Shown here one piece after another: positions 10,715-22,870 of a stretch of 39,868 bases of DNA. The translations under genes and the position numbers were made by a program. Source of the stretch: Haemophilus parainfluenzae (GTDB lineage: Bacteria; Pseudomonadota; Gammaproteobacteria; Enterobacterales; Pasteurellaceae); assembly GCA_959020685.1 (NCBI GenBank), contig CAUETL010000001.1:1-39868 (forward strand), given 5' to 3'. Position 1 is the stretch's first letter. Each line of letters opens with the position of its first letter. The notes beneath the pieces were generated by a model, which did not search any database, was not told the origin of the DNA, and was given only the letters and a program-made list of their open reading frames with translations.

Positions 10715-13513
10715 TTAGTGCGCCTCATCCCAGTTCGTGCCTTGCCCCACTTCTACAATCAGTGGTACCACTAAATCAGCGGCACTTTCCATTTGTGTTT
10801 TGATGAGCTCGCTATAAAACGCGACTTTTTCGGACCGCACTTCAAACACCAATTCATCGTGAACCTGCATAATCATTGCAATATCGGGATCGTTTTGTAG
10901 TTTTTGATCCAATTGAATCATGGCACGTTTGATAATGTCTGCGGCGGTGCCTTGCATTGGTGCATTGATCGCGACACGTTCGGCTGCTTTACGGCGCATA
11001 CCATTAGAAGAGTTAATATCAGGCAGATATAAACGACGGCCGAATAGGGTTTCCACATAGCCTTGGGCTTTGGCTTTTTCGCGAATATCGTGCATAAAAG
11101 TTTGTACGCCCGGATAGCGTTTGAAATATAAATCCATATAGCTTTGGGCATCGGCACGGCCAATACCGAGTTGACGCGATAAGCCAAAGGCTGACATACC
11201 GTAAATTAATCCGAAGTTAATCGCTTTAGCATTACGACGTTGTTCGGACGTCACTTCATCCAGTGCGACACCAAAGATTTCTGCCGCAGTAGAGCGGTGA
11301 ATATCTTTGCCTTGGGTAAAAGCATTAATTAAGCCCTGATCCTGTGATAGGTGCGCCATAATGCGCAGCTCGATTTGTGAATAGTCGGCCGCAACAACAG
11401 TAAAGCCTTCGCGCGCAATAAACGCCTGACGAATACGACGGCCTTCTTCATTACGAATTGGAATGTTTTGCAGATTCGGATCGCTTGATGAAAGACGACC
11501 GGTTGCTGTCACCGCTTGATGGTAGGAAGTATGAACTCGACCGGTTTGCGGATTCACCATTTGCGGCAATTTATCAGTGTAGGTCGATTTTAGTTTGCTG
11601 AGACCACGATGTTCTACCAACACTTTCGGCAATTCATGACTAAATGCCAGTTCCTCCAATACTTCCTCGTTGGTGGATGGCGCCCCTTTTGGTGTTTTTT
11701 GAATGACCGGTAAACCTAATTTATCAAATAAAATTTCTTGTAATTGTTTGGTGGAAGCTAAATTAAATGGTTGCCCCGCCAAGACATAGGCTTGTTCTTC
11801 TAATTCACTTAAACGGTTAGCGATTTCGTTGGATTGCAGGAATAGCGCATCGCTATCAATTAAGACACCGCGACGTTCCATACGGGAAAGTACGCCTAAC
11901 AACGGCAATTCCATTTCTTTAAAGAGTTTTTCAAGAGTGGGTTCTTTAGAGAGTTTTTCCCATAGCACTTGTTGCAGCTTCATCGTTACATCGGCATCTT
12001 CCGCCGCGTACTCGGCGGCTTGTTCCAACTGAATTTGGTTAAAGGTCAGCTGATTTTTACCTTTGCCTGCAATCTCTTCAAAACTAATAGTTTGATGCCC
12101 TAAATAACGTTTCGCCAGATCGTCCATATTATGACGGCCTGTGCTGTTGAGTACATAGGACTCCAACATAGTATCGAAAGCCACACCTTGCACATCGATG
12201 CCATTACGGGCGAAGATGGTGAGATCGTATTTGAAGTTTTGCCCGACTTTTTGAATAGCAGGATTTTCTAAAACCGGTTTTAACAGAGCAAGTGCGGTTG
12301 TTTTTTCAAGGGTTTTCGGCGCACCTAAATAATCTAATTGCAGCGGTAAATAAGCTGCTTCACCGTTTTCTAACGCAAAAGAAATACCCACTAAGTTGGC
12401 AGCCATATAATCTAAATTATCGGTTTCAGTATCTAAGGCAAAAAGTTTAGCTTGCTTGAGTTTTTCCACCCAACGATTTAAATCTGCTTCAGTGAGTAAG
12501 GTTTCATAACGGCTACGATCAATTTGAATTGCCGGCAATGATTCATCGCTATTGTCTTGAGCAAGCGCAGGTGTGGCTTTATAATGATTAATTTTAGTCG
12601 GTTGTTCGCTGTTATTGGTGATGGAATCAGCACCATTCATCACTTCATTGAGCCAACGTTTAAATTCATAACGGCCGAAATATTCGGTAAGTTGATCGTT
12701 ATTGCTTGCACCAAGGGTAAGTTGTTCCGGAGTGATATCGAGAGCGACATCGGTTTTGATTGTGGCAAGACGATAGGATAAGTCGGCCATTTCTTTTTCA
12801 GCCAATAATTTATCACCTAATTTTTTTGCCCCACGAATTGGCAATTCAGCCACTTTGTCTAAGTTGGCATAAATTTCTGCCATGCTGCCGATACCCTGCA
12901 AGAGGCCAAGAGCGGTTTTTTCACCCACACCCGCTACGCCTGGAATATTATCGGCGCTATCGCCCATTAGCGCTAAGTAATCAATAATGAGTTCTGGCGG
13001 AATACCGTATTTTTCAATCACGGCCTCGCGATCTAATAAGGTGTTATTCATGGTATTGATCAACATAATGTTGTCATCCACTAGTTGCGCCATATCTTTA
13101 TCACCGGTGCTGATCAAAACTTTTTGATTCGCTTTGGAAGCCGCTACCGCTAAGGTACCGATGACATCATCGGCTTCCACACCTTCAATGACTAAGAGAG
13201 GAATGCCAAGGGCACGTATAATATCGTGCAATGGCTGAATTTGTTTGCGTAGATCATCCGGCATCGGTGGACGATGGGATTTATATTGTTCAAACATTTC
13301 ATCACGGAAGGTTTTACCTTTCGCATCAAAAACCACCGCAATATGGCTCGGTTGCACTTGTGAAATCAGGCTTTTGAGCATATTTAACACACCGTACATA
13401 GCACCAGTCGGCTCGCCAGCAGAATTGGTGAGCGGCGGAAAAGCATGAAAAGCACGATATAAATAAGATGAACCGTCCACTAGGACTAATGGATTAGGAG
13501 CGATAGTTGGCAT
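10715..13513 (-). CDS. polA: DNA polymerase I
   Basis: 5'-3' exonuclease ([14 protein letters not shown]), 3'-5' exonuclease (ALDTET), polymerase motifs [19 protein letters not shown] and QVHDELVFE. Start set at ATG 13513. Confidence 0.97.
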   Translation of the reverse strand: MPTIAPNPLVLVDGSSYLYRAFHAFPPLTNSAGEPTGAMYGVLNMLKSLISQVQPSHIAVVFDAKGKTFRDEMFEQYKSHRPPMPDDLRKQIQPLHDIIRALGIPLLVIEGVEADDVIGTLAVAASKANQKVLISTGDKDMAQLVDDNIMLINTMNNTLLDREAVIEKYGIPPELIIDYLALMGDSADNIPGVAGVGEKTALGLLQGIGSMAEIYANLDKVAELPIRGAKKLGDKLLAEKEMADLSYRLATIKTDVALDITPEQLTLGASNNDQLTEYFGRYEFKRWLNEVMNGADSITNNSEQPTKINHYKATPALAQDNSDESLPAIQIDRSRYETLLTEADLNRWVEKLKQAKLFALDTETDNLDYMAANLVGISFALENGEAAYLPLQLDYLGAPKTLEKTTALALLKPVLENPAIQKVGQNFKYDLTIFARNGIDVQGVAFDTMLESYVLNSTGRHNMDDLAKRYLGHQTISFEEIAGKGKNQLTFNQIQLEQAAEYAAEDADVTMKLQQVLWEKLSKEPTLEKLFKEMELPLLGVLSRMERRGVLIDSDALFLQSNEIANRLSELEEQAYVLAGQPFNLASTKQLQEILFDKLGLPVIQKTPKGAPSTNEEVLEELAFSHELPKVLVEHRGLSKLKSTYTDKLPQMVNPQTGRVHTSYHQAVTATGRLSSSDPNLQNIPIRNEEGRRIRQAFIAREGFTVVAADYSQIELRIMAHLSQDQGLINAFTQGKDIHRSTAAEIFGVALDEVTSEQRRNAKAINFGLIYGMSAFGLSRQLGIGRADAQSYMDLYFKRYPGVQTFMHDIREKAKAQGYVETLFGRRLYLPDINSSNGMRRKAAERVAINAPMQGTAADIIKRAMIQLDQKLQNDPDIAMIMQVHDELVFEVRSEKVAFYSELIKTQMESAADLVVPLIVEVGQGTNWDEAH

Positions 13514-13673
13514 AAATATTCCGTTCAAAAATAATGAAAAGTGTCGCATTATAGCGTAAATTGCGAAATGGGGCGAACGGATAAAGTGCGGTCAATTAAA
13601 CGTAAAAATTATGACGAAGGCGTTTGGCTGTGGCATAATAGGATTACTTGAGCATTCAACATAAGGGAATAAC

Positions 13674-13979
13674 ATGTCATTAAAACTGGTTGAAGTTGTT
13701 GTATTAGGGCAAGTGCTGCGCTTGAATGTCCCTGCAGAACAAGAAGAGATTTTGCGTCAAGCGGCGCGTAATTTAGATCTTCAAGTGTCTGAAATGAAAG
13801 AGCGTACAGGTTTATTGCAATTAGACCGTGTGCTTTCTATTGTTGCCTTGAATTTAAGTTTTGAATTAACCCAAGAAAAAAATAAAAATGCCCAGATTGA
13901 AAACGTGTTATGTACGCGAATTCAGCAGTTAGATCATTCTTTAGAGAATGCATTAGGTGGGCGTACCATCGTAGATTAA
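13674..13979 (+). CDS. zapA: cell division protein ZapA
   Basis: 101 aa, VALNLSFEL motif and C-terminal coiled coil; SD AAGGGA. Confidence 0.85.
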   Translation: MSLKLVEVVVLGQVLRLNVPAEQEEILRQAARNLDLQVSEMKERTGLLQLDRVLSIVALNLSFELTQEKNKNAQIENVLCTRIQQLDHSLENALGGRTIVD

Positions 13980-13981
13980 AT

Positions 13982-14019
13982 AAAAAAGAACCGCATGTTG
14001 AAAGTGCGGTTCTTTTTTT
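13982..14019. terminator. bidirectional terminator containing a USS
   Basis: AAAAAAGAACCGCA...TGCGGTTCTTTTTTT between convergent zapA and queH. Confidence 0.8.
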
Positions 14020-14028
14020 ATGTGTTTT

Positions 14029-14769
14029 TTAATCGGGCGTGTAATAGAGTTTACCAATTTCAATTTTTTGTCGCCCCGTTTCTTCACGCCATTTATTGCT
14101 GTCTCGTAAAGAATAAACACAGCCACAATATTCTTGCTGATAAAAACGTTCACGTTTACTGATTTCGATCATGCGTTGCGATCCACCAGCTTTACGCCAG
14201 TTATAATCCCAATAAATCACATCATCATATTTTTCAGCCGCACGGTGACCACAACCATTAATTTGCTCCATGTCTTTCCAGCGAGAAATACCAAGACAGC
14301 TAGTAAATACAGGGAAGCCATGTTCATGAGCATATTCAGCCGCTTTTTCAAAACGCATATCAAAACACATAGTGCAACGGATGCCACGTTCAGGTTCCCA
14401 TTCCATACCTTTTGCGCGATCAAACCATTGTTGGCGATCGTAGTCTGCATCAATAAACGGAATCCCAAATTTTTGGGCAAAACGGATGTTTTCTTCTTTA
14501 CGAATTAAATATTCTTTCAATGGATGAATATTCGGGTTGTAAAAATAAATCGTAAACTCAATACCAGAGGCCAAAATGGCTTCCATCACTTCACCTGAGC
14601 AAGGCGCACAGCAGGAGTGGAGAAGCAACTTATTATGTCCTTCGGGTAATTCGAGTTTTTCACGAATAAAAGGCGCATTGGGATCCTTGCGCACTTTTTG
14701 TTTACGCGGTTTTTGAAATTTAGGTTGAGAATCGACCGCACTTTGCGGTTGAATTTGTTCTTCAGTCAT
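14029..14769 (-). CDS. queH: epoxyqueuosine reductase QueH (DUF208)
   Basis: [19 protein letters not shown] and YQQEYCGC motifs. Confidence 0.92.
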   Translation of the reverse strand: MTEEQIQPQSAVDSQPKFQKPRKQKVRKDPNAPFIREKLELPEGHNKLLLHSCCAPCSGEVMEAILASGIEFTIYFYNPNIHPLKEYLIRKEENIRFAQKFGIPFIDADYDRQQWFDRAKGMEWEPERGIRCTMCFDMRFEKAAEYAHEHGFPVFTSCLGISRWKDMEQINGCGHRAAEKYDDVIYWDYNWRKAGGSQRMIEISKRERFYQQEYCGCVYSLRDSNKWREETGRQKIEIGKLYYTPD

Positions 14770-14770
14770 A

Positions 14771-15766
14771 TTAATAAGTTCGGTCTACCGATAAATAAGC
14801 CAGTGAAATTAAGGCTTTTTTGTATTCGCTTTCAGGTAATAAGGCAATGGCATCAACGGCTTTTTGGGCTTCTTGTTTCGCACGATCCATTGCGTAATCG
14901 AGGGATTTATGTTCTTCCATAATCGCAAGCACTTCATCGATCGCATCACGTTTTCCGCCTTGTTCAATGGCTTCGCGAATAAGCGCAGCTTGTTGTGGAT
15001 TGCCGTGACGCATTGCGTGTAATAAAGGAAGAGTCGGTTTACCTTCGGCGAGGTCATCGCCCACATTTTTACCCAATGCTGCAGCGTTTGCGCTGTAATC
15101 TAGCACGTCATCCACTAATTGGAATGCGGTACCGAGATAGCGACCATATTCTTGAAATGCCGTTTCAATTGATTTTTCAGCACCTGCAACAATCGCAACA
15201 GATTGCGCTGCCACTTCAAATAAACGTGCTGTTTTACTATAAATCACACGCATATAGCTTTCTTCCGTGGTATCGGGATCGTTCACATTCATTAATTGTT
15301 GAACTTCACCTTCAGCCAACACGTTGGTGGCATCTGCCATAATGCGAAGAATATCTAGCGATTGTAACTGTGCCACTAACTGGAATGCACGAGTATAAAT
15401 GAAGTCACCCACTAATACGCTAGCGGCATTACCAAAGGCAGAATTTGCCGTTGCGCGACCACGACGCATATCAGATTCATCTACCACATCATCATGTAAT
15501 AAAGAAGCAGTGTGAATAAATTCTACAAAGGTCGCACAAGTGGCCACTTTATCGCTTTCGTAGCCTAATGCACGCGCGGCTAAAACCGCAATAAGTGGTC
15601 GAATACGTTTTCCGCCACCTTGTACAATATAAAAACCAAGCTGATTAACCATCGGCACATCGGAGTTAATTTGTGCTAAAATGGCTTGGTTGACTTTCTG
15701 CATATCCGCATCTGTTAATGCTTGGATTGCATGCATATCCATTAAATCTTGTTTGTTCATCTTCAT
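14771..15766 (-). CDS. ispB: octaprenyl diphosphate synthase
   Basis: [15 protein letters not shown] and FQLVDDVLD motifs; divergent from rplU. Start could be 15760. Confidence 0.95.
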   Translation of the reverse strand: MKMNKQDLMDMHAIQALTDADMQKVNQAILAQINSDVPMVNQLGFYIVQGGGKRIRPLIAVLAARALGYESDKVATCATFVEFIHTASLLHDDVVDESDMRRGRATANSAFGNAASVLVGDFIYTRAFQLVAQLQSLDILRIMADATNVLAEGEVQQLMNVNDPDTTEESYMRVIYSKTARLFEVAAQSVAIVAGAEKSIETAFQEYGRYLGTAFQLVDDVLDYSANAAALGKNVGDDLAEGKPTLPLLHAMRHGNPQQAALIREAIEQGGKRDAIDEVLAIMEEHKSLDYAMDRAKQEAQKAVDAIALLPESEYKKALISLAYLSVDRTY

Positions 15767-15884
15767 TTGGTTCGATGGTTGTGTATATAAAAGAAAAGTG
15801 CGGTGAATTTTACCCGATTTTTCAGGGTTTCTGAAATTAAACTCGAGGAAAAGCGCTTTTTTTTATTTTATTGCAAATAAGTGC

Positions 15885-15913
15885 TTGCGATCGAGTTGTT
15901 TTTTCCGTAGAAT
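15885..15913 (+). promoter_or_regulatory. sigma70 promoter of rplU-rpmA
   Basis: TTGCGA-17 nt-TAGAAT. Confidence 0.7.
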
Positions 15914-15990
15914 TTGCGACCTATTTATATGAATTTTGAAGTGCGGACCGAAAATAGTAACGGAGAAGCACAATTTATAGCGGAGTATTT

Positions 15991-16302
15991 ATGTACGCAG
16001 TTTTCCAAAGTGGCGGTAAACAACACCGTGTGAGCGAAGGTCAAGTAGTTCGTTTAGAAAAACTTGAACTTGCAACTGGCGCAACAGTTGAGTTCGACTC
16101 AGTGTTAATGGTCGTTAATGGTGAAGATGTTAAAATTGGTGCACCAGTAGTAGCTGGCGCGAAAGTAGTGGCTGAAGTTGTGGCACAAGGTCGTGGCGAT
16201 AAAGTTAAAATCGTTAAGTTCCGTCGTCGTAAACACAGCCGTAAACAACAAGGTCATCGTCAGTGGTTCACAGAAGTGAAAATCACTGGGATTCAAGCAT
16301 AA
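15991..16302 (+). CDS. rplU: 50S ribosomal protein L21
   Basis: [14 protein letters not shown]...GHRQWFT. Confidence 0.98.
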   Translation: MYAVFQSGGKQHRVSEGQVVRLEKLELATGATVEFDSVLMVVNGEDVKIGAPVVAGAKVVAEVVAQGRGDKVKIVKFRRRKHSRKQQGHRQWFTEVKITGIQA

Positions 16303-16322
16303 TTTCAGAGGAGATCAAGTAG

Positions 16323-16580
16323 ATGGCAACTAAAAAAGCTGGTGGTTCAACTCGTAACGGTCGTGATTCTGAAGCTAAACGCCTTGGTGTTAAACGTTTC
16401 GGTGGCGAATCTGTATTAGCAGGTAGCATCATTGTACGTCAACGTGGTACTAAATTCCACGCAGGTAACAACGTAGGTATGGGTCGTGACCACACCTTAT
16501 TTGCTACCGCTGACGGTAAAGTAAAATTTGAAGTTAAAGGCGAGAAAAGCCGTAAATACGTAAGTATTGTAACTGAATAA
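16323..16580 (+). CDS. rpmA: 50S ribosomal protein L27
   Basis: [16 protein letters not shown]...RQRGTKFH. Confidence 0.98.
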
Positions 16581-16598
16581 TTTTACATCTGATTTGAT

Positions 16599-16636
16599 AA
16601 ACGCCCCGCATTTTTTGTGGGGCGTTTTCTTTTTTT
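16599..16636 (+). terminator. intrinsic terminator after rpmA
   Basis: AAACGCCCCGCA-TTTTT-TGTGGGGCGTTT followed by a T tract. Confidence 0.8.
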
Positions 16637-16757
16637 ACCAGCAATTTACAATCATCAATCACATTTGTTATTCTGGCACTATTGCTTATCTTGATATTTC
16701 TTAGTCGAAATTTATCTTAATTCCTAACCGCACTTTAGTAAAATAAAGGAAGATATC

Positions 16758-17675
16758 ATGAAACAACAACCGCTTTTAGGTTTTCTCTTCGCTTTAATTA
16801 CGGCGATGGCGTGGGGATCTTTACCTATTGCGTTAAAACAGGTTCTATCAGTGATGACACCACAAACGATCGTCTGGTATCGATTTGCGGTAGCTTCTCT
16901 TGCACTATTGATTCTGTTAGGTTACAAGAAAAAATTGCCACAATTTTCGAAAGGTGGTCGTTTCATTTGGCTTGTACTCATAGGTGTAGCAGGATTAGCG
17001 GGTAATTTCTTTTTATTTAATAGCTCACTTAAGTTTATCGATCCTTCTTCAGCCCAAATTTTTATTCATTTTTCTTCTTTTGGTATGTTAATTTGCGGTA
17101 TTTTTGTCTTTAAAGAAAAGCTCGGATTACATCAAAAGATTGGTTTAGGTCTTTTATTGGCTGGGTTGGTGCTTTTCTTCAATGACAAGCTTGATGTGTT
17201 TAAAGGAGAGAGTGGTTATTTAACAGGTGTCTTACTCAGCCTGACTGCTTCATTAGTTTGGGTTGCTTATGGTATGGCACAAAAGCTTATGCTCCGTCGT
17301 TTTAGTTCGCAACAAATTTTATTAATGATGTATTTCGGCTGTCTTTTAGTCTTTATACCTGTAGCTGAATTCTCACAAGTGAGTAACCTCACCCCGTTTG
17401 CATTCGGTTGTTTTGTTTATTGCTGCTTAAATACCTTATTTGGTTATGGGGCTTATGCTGAGGCGCTTAATCGTTGGGAGGTTTCTAAAGTAAGTGTAGT
17501 GATAACCTTAGTACCACTCTTTACCATTTTCTTTGCCCATCTTGCCCATTATGTGAGCCCTGAGAATTTTGCCGCACCAGAATTAAATATGATTAGCTAT
17601 ATTGGGGCGTTTGTTGTAGTATGCGGAGCAATTTTGTCGGCAATCGGACATAAGTTATTACCGCAATCAAAATAA
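16758..17675 (+). CDS. yhbE: EamA/DMT family inner-membrane transporter (YhbE-like)
   Basis: About ten TM segments, AWGSLPIA motif, conserved position between rpmA and obgE. Confidence 0.85.
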   Translation: MKQQPLLGFLFALITAMAWGSLPIALKQVLSVMTPQTIVWYRFAVASLALLILLGYKKKLPQFSKGGRFIWLVLIGVAGLAGNFFLFNSSLKFIDPSSAQIFIHFSSFGMLICGIFVFKEKLGLHQKIGLGLLLAGLVLFFNDKLDVFKGESGYLTGVLLSLTASLVWVAYGMAQKLMLRRFSSQQILLMMYFGCLLVFIPVAEFSQVSNLTPFAFGCFVYCCLNTLFGYGAYAEALNRWEVSKVSVVITLVPLFTIFFAHLAHYVSPENFAAPELNMISYIGAFVVVCGAILSAIGHKLLPQSK

Positions 17676-18875
<1,200 letters not shown>

Positions 18876-18884
18876 TCCCTAAAT

Positions 18885-18918
18885 AAAAAAAAGAGCGGAA
18901 ATTTGACCGCTCTTTTTT
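18885..18918. terminator. bidirectional terminator between obgE and rpmJ2
   Basis: AAAAAAGAGCGG-AAATTTGA-CCGCTCTTTTTT. Confidence 0.85.
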
Positions 18919-18925
18919 ATTGCTG

Positions 18926-19063
18926 TTAACCTTTCTTTTTCCCACCTTGACGCGCTTTAAAGCGAGGGTTGGTTTTCGAAATGACATAGACGACACCGTG
19001 GCGGCGAACAATTTTGCAGCCAGGACGGTTTTTAGCACTTTTGAGTGAAGATAATACTTTCAT
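18926..19063 (-). CDS. rpmJ2: type B (zinc-free) 50S ribosomal protein L36, not in ORF track
   Basis: Manual translation [45 protein letters not shown] (YkgO-like, zinc-ligand set incomplete). 9 nt downstream of rpmE2. Confidence 0.92.
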   Translation of the reverse strand: MKVLSSLKSAKNRPGCKIVRRHGVVYVISKTNPRFKARQGGKKKG

Positions 19064-19072
19064 TGAACATTC

Positions 19073-19339
19073 CTATTTTGATTTAAATGCACCAAACTTA
19101 CCGTAGCGGTTTGCAAATTCACTTGCACGACCTTCGTTACCAATTTGACGAGTTTTACCAGTATAAAATGGGTGAGAAGCAGATGAAGTATCACACATAA
19201 ATACAGGGTATTCGTTACCATCTTCCCATTTCATGGTGTTGTTAGTTTTAGCACAAGAACGGATGAGAAAGCCTTGTTTCGCGTTGGAATCATAAAATAA
19301 AACGGTACGATAATTTTCAGGGTGAATGCCTTTTTTCAT
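19073..19339 (-). CDS. rpmE2: type B (zinc-free) 50S ribosomal protein L31
   Basis: [17 protein letters not shown]...[13 protein letters not shown]. No CxC/CxxC zinc ribbon; YkgM-like length. Confidence 0.93.
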   Translation of the reverse strand: MKKGIHPENYRTVLFYDSNAKQGFLIRSCAKTNNTMKWEDGNEYPVFMCDTSSASHPFYTGKTRQIGNEGRASEFANRYGKFGAFKSK

Positions 19340-19375
19340 TAGAGCTCCTTATATGACGGAAATAATTGGGCGAAG

Positions 19376-19439
19376 ATACTAATTTAAAAGAGAATGATTA
19401 TCAATGTATTTTTATTCATAGCGATGAGAATTTTTTTCA
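19376..19439 (-). promoter_or_regulatory. rpmE2-rpmJ2 promoter overlapped by Fur-like boxes
   Basis: Minus strand TTGATA (19404-19399)-17 nt-TAGTAT (19381-19376). TACATTGATAATCATTCTC matches the Fur consensus GATAATGATAATCATTATC at 15/19. Second 7-1-7 site TGAGAAT-T-TTTTTCA at 19425-19439. Confidence 0.65.
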
Positions 19440-19444
19440 TATTG

Positions 19445-19480
19445 AAAAAAGAAAAATGCCTTTCGGTTGAAAGGCATTTT
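19445..19480 (-). terminator. terminator after smpB
   Basis: AAAATGCCTTTC-GGTT-GAAAGGCATTTT with a T tract on the minus strand. Confidence 0.8.
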
Positions 19481-19498
19481 GTCTGCTTGGAGGGAGAG

Positions 19499-19981
19499 TT
19501 ATCCACGATTCGCATTTTTCATAATACGCTCTTTTGCTACTTTCCATTCACGCTCTTTAATATCATCACGTTTATCATGTTGTTTTTTACCTTTCGCAAG
19601 ACCGATTTTGATCTTTGCCCAAGGACCTTTCCAATAAAGAGAAAGGGCAACAATGGTAAAACCATCACGGCTTGATTTACCGAAAAGATTATCCAGTTCA
19701 CGTTTATTCAATAAAAGCTTACGTGTTCGAGTCGGATCGCAAACCACGTGAGTAGAGGCCAAGCTTAATGGTTGAATAGTCGCACCAAATAAATAAGCTT
19801 CGCCGTTTTTAAAAATGATATAGCTGTCGCTGATATTGGCTTTACCCGCGCGCATTGATTTTACTTCCCAACCTTGTAATTCAAGGCCGGCTTCAATTTC
19901 ATCTTCAATAAAATATTCATGTCTAGCTCGTTTGTTTAACGCAATGGTATTCGAGCCGACTTTGACTTTTTTCTTGGTCAT
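19499..19981 (-). CDS. smpB: SsrA-binding protein SmpB
   Basis: [18 protein letters not shown] and GKKQHDKR motifs. Confidence 0.97.
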   Translation of the reverse strand: MTKKKVKVGSNTIALNKRARHEYFIEDEIEAGLELQGWEVKSMRAGKANISDSYIIFKNGEAYLFGATIQPLSLASTHVVCDPTRTRKLLLNKRELDNLFGKSSRDGFTIVALSLYWKGPWAKIKIGLAKGKKQHDKRDDIKEREWKVAKERIMKNANRG

Positions 19982-20051
19982 TGTTATCCGTTGTTCATTA
20001 ATCGTAAATTGGCGTTGATTTTACCGAATCTCGCCGTGGATAGCAAAAAAC

Positions 20052-20077
20052 AAAAGGCTGATTTGACTCAGCCTTTT
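20052..20077 (-). terminator. terminator after arcA
   Basis: AAAAGGCTGA-TTTGAC-TCAGCCTTTT. Confidence 0.75.
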
Positions 20078-20093
20078 ATTACTTAATGATAGA

Positions 20094-20807
20094 TTACTCT
20101 TCTAATTCACCACAGAAACGATAGCCTTCACCATGCACGGTAGCAATGATTTCTGGTGTATTAGGATGATCTTCAAAATGCTTACGAATACGACGAATTG
20201 TTACATCTACAGTACGATCTTGTGGTTTTAATTCACGCCCTGTCATTTTTTGCAATAATTCTTCACGTGTTTGCAATTTGCCTGGGTTTTCACAGAAATG
20301 CAACATGGCACGAAATTCACTACGAGGCAATTTAAATTCAACGCCTTCTGGTGTAATTAAATTATGGCTATTTAAATCCAGCGTCCAACCATTAAAACGA
20401 TAGTTCTCACGTTGTAAATGGGCTTCTTTACCATTTAATGTCATCGTGCGATGTAATAAATTTCGTGCACGAATAGTAAGTTCTCTAGGGTTAAATGGCT
20501 TTGTAAGATAATCATCGGCTCCGATTTCTAAACCTAAAATTTTATCGACCTCATTATCTCGCCCAGTGAGGAAAATCAAAGGGATAGGTGTTTTTTCACG
20601 TAATTCACGACCTAGTAATAAACCATTCTTACCAGGTAAGTTGATATCTAATACAATGAGATTAACCGTTTCTGAATTTAGCTGACGATACATTTCTGCA
20701 CCATCTTGTGCTTGTAATACGTCATAGCCTTCAGCTTCGAAAATTCCTTTTAATGTATTACGGGTTACCGCTTCATCTTCCACGATGAGGATTTTTGGGG
20801 TAGCCAT
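20094..20807 (-). CDS. arcA: two-component response regulator ArcA
   Basis: [37 protein letters not shown] and [16 protein letters not shown] motifs. Confidence 0.96.
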   Translation of the reverse strand: MATPKILIVEDEAVTRNTLKGIFEAEGYDVLQAQDGAEMYRQLNSETVNLIVLDINLPGKNGLLLGRELREKTPIPLIFLTGRDNEVDKILGLEIGADDYLTKPFNPRELTIRARNLLHRTMTLNGKEAHLQRENYRFNGWTLDLNSHNLITPEGVEFKLPRSEFRAMLHFCENPGKLQTREELLQKMTGRELKPQDRTVDVTIRRIRKHFEDHPNTPEIIATVHGEGYRFCGELEE

Positions 20808-20852
20808 TCATTGCTCCTTGTTATACTTTATTATGAGCATATTCTATAATTG

Positions 20853-20867
20853 TAACATTGCTGTAAC
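20853..20867 (-). promoter_or_regulatory. putative ArcA box upstream of arcA
   Basis: Minus strand GTTA-CAGCAAT-GTTA direct repeat, the spacing of the E. coli ArcA-P consensus. Confidence 0.4.
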
Positions 20868-20984
20868 AACAGAAAAGTATGGTCATTTTTTTAAATTACA
20901 TTTAATTTTATGATCTAAGTCATAAATTCTTAACATTCTGTTCATCTATGCTAGAATTTTAACAGGAACAACAAATGGAACTTT

Positions 20985-22754
20985 ATGATGAAACGAATTC
21001 TTCTTTTTTTATTTTTTATTTTTACCGCACTTTCCACTCAAGCTGGTCTTTTTGATAAAAAATCAGCTTTCTTACCTGTGGATGACGCTTTTCAATTTTC
21101 AGCTGCGAAAAGCGATAATCAAGAAAATGTGATCGTCAATTGGTCAATTGCAGAAGGGTATTATCTCTATCAAGAGAAAATTTCCGTGAAACTTAACCAA
21201 GCGGAAACCCCATCCTTTGATGTGCCGACATTTTCTATTTCACCTGAAGATTATAACGATCCTTATTTTGGCTTAATGAAGATTTTCAAAAAGCCGGTAC
21301 AAGCTATTTTTAAAGCAAGCCAGCCGCCATTAAAAGCAGAAGATGTGATTGAAATTGCTTACCAAGGTTGTACTGAGGGCTTTTGTTATCCCCCTGAAGT
21401 GAAAGAAATTAAAGTGGCGGATTTGCCTATTGTCCAGGTTACCGATACTAAAAAAACATCGGAAAAATCGACCGCACTTTCAGCACAACCTAAAGCAGAG
21501 CAAGACCGTTTAGCGGAAAGTTTATTTAATAGCAAATATGCCGTATTTGGTTTCTTTTTATTGGGCTTAGGTTTGGCTTTTACCCCCTGTGTGTTGCCAA
21601 TGCTACCATTGCTTTCAGCGATAGTAATTGGTCAAAATCAACGTCCTAATATGTGGCGTGCCTTTGCATTAAGTTTTGTGTATGTACAGGGGATGGCGCT
21701 GACTTACACCTTGTTAGGCTTAATTGTGGCGGCAATTGGTTTGCCATTCCAAGTAGCGTTGCAACATCCTTACGTGATGATTGGCTTATCAATCATCTTT
21801 GTCTTGTTAGCGTTGTCGATGTTCGGTGTATTTACCTTACAGCTCCCAAGTTCCTTACAAACAAAACTGTCTTTACTTAGCCAACAGCAAAAAGCTGGAG
21901 CCTTTGGTGGCGTGTTCTTAATGGGGATGATTGCGGGGCTTGTGGCTTCACCTTGCACATCCGCACCGCTTTCTGGCGCATTGCTTTATGTGGCGCAGAG
22001 TGGGGATTTATTCACTGGCGCGATCACGCTTTATTTGCTTGCGTTGGGCATGGGCGTACCGCTGATTTTAATCACTTTATTCGGGAATAAAATCCTGCCT
22101 AAATCAGGCATGTGGATGGAAACCGTTAAAAAGCTCTTTGGCTTTGTGATGCTCGCGTTACCAGTATTCTTAATTTCTCGTATTTTGCCGGATGAATGGA
22201 CACCAAGATTATGGGCGATGCTGGGTACCGCATTTTTCATTTGGTTTGCGTTCCAAATGCCGAAAAATGGCACCGGTTGGGTATTCCGAATTCTCTTTTT
22301 AGTGGCAGCCATGATTAGTGTTAAACCGCTTCAAACTTGGGTTTGGGGTGAAAGCCCAGCACCAAGTGCGGTCGAAAATAAGGCGGTTTCTCATGTTGAA
22401 TTTAAACAAGTGAAAAGCGAAGCTGAATTGCAACAAGCACTTGCTGAAAATAATAAACCGCTTGTGATGCTCGATCTTTATGCAGATTGGTGTGTCGCTT
22501 GTAAAGAGTTTGAAAAAGAGACATTCAGCGATCCTAGTGTACAAAAAGCCTTTGGCGACATGCTGCTTCTTCAGGTTGATATGACAAAAAACTCCGAAGA
22601 AAACCGTGCTTTAATGACAAAATATAAAGTGTTAGGTTTACCGACTATTTTGTTCTTTAACCGAGATGGAAAAGAAATTGAGGGGAGTCGTGTTAACGGA
22701 TTCATGCCGCCCGTTGAGTTTTTACAATGGATTGAGAAAATCAGTAAAGCGTAA
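20985..22754 (+). CDS. dsbD: thiol:disulfide interchange protein DsbD
   Basis: Three Cys pairs: QGCTEGFCYPP; TPCVLPM with ASPCTSAPL; WCVACK. Confidence 0.96.
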   Translation: MMKRILLFLFFIFTALSTQAGLFDKKSAFLPVDDAFQFSAAKSDNQENVIVNWSIAEGYYLYQEKISVKLNQAETPSFDVPTFSISPEDYNDPYFGLMKIFKKPVQAIFKASQPPLKAEDVIEIAYQGCTEGFCYPPEVKEIKVADLPIVQVTDTKKTSEKSTALSAQPKAEQDRLAESLFNSKYAVFGFFLLGLGLAFTPCVLPMLPLLSAIVIGQNQRPNMWRAFALSFVYVQGMALTYTLLGLIVAAIGLPFQVALQHPYVMIGLSIIFVLLALSMFGVFTLQLPSSLQTKLSLLSQQQKAGAFGGVFLMGMIAGLVASPCTSAPLSGALLYVAQSGDLFTGAITLYLLALGMGVPLILITLFGNKILPKSGMWMETVKKLFGFVMLALPVFLISRILPDEWTPRLWAMLGTAFFIWFAFQMPKNGTGWVFRILFLVAAMISVKPLQTWVWGESPAPSAVENKAVSHVEFKQVKSEAELQQALAENNKPLVMLDLYADWCVACKEFEKETFSDPSVQKAFGDMLLLQVDMTKNSEENRALMTKYKVLGLPTILFFNRDGKEIEGSRVNGFMPPVEFLQWIEKISKA

Positions 22755-22870
22755 AATTATTTCCTAATAGTAAAAAGTCCTTTTCGATTTGAGGTATTGT
22801 TTGGCTTCGAGTTAATCATTAATATACACCCCGTTCTCAAATCACTTTTTATTTTTATTAGGAAAACTTT

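Noticed and set aside
19410..20093. Possible tmRNA (ssrA) or integration site beside smpB
   Set aside because: The flanking intergenic regions are too short and lack tmRNA ends; no integrase.
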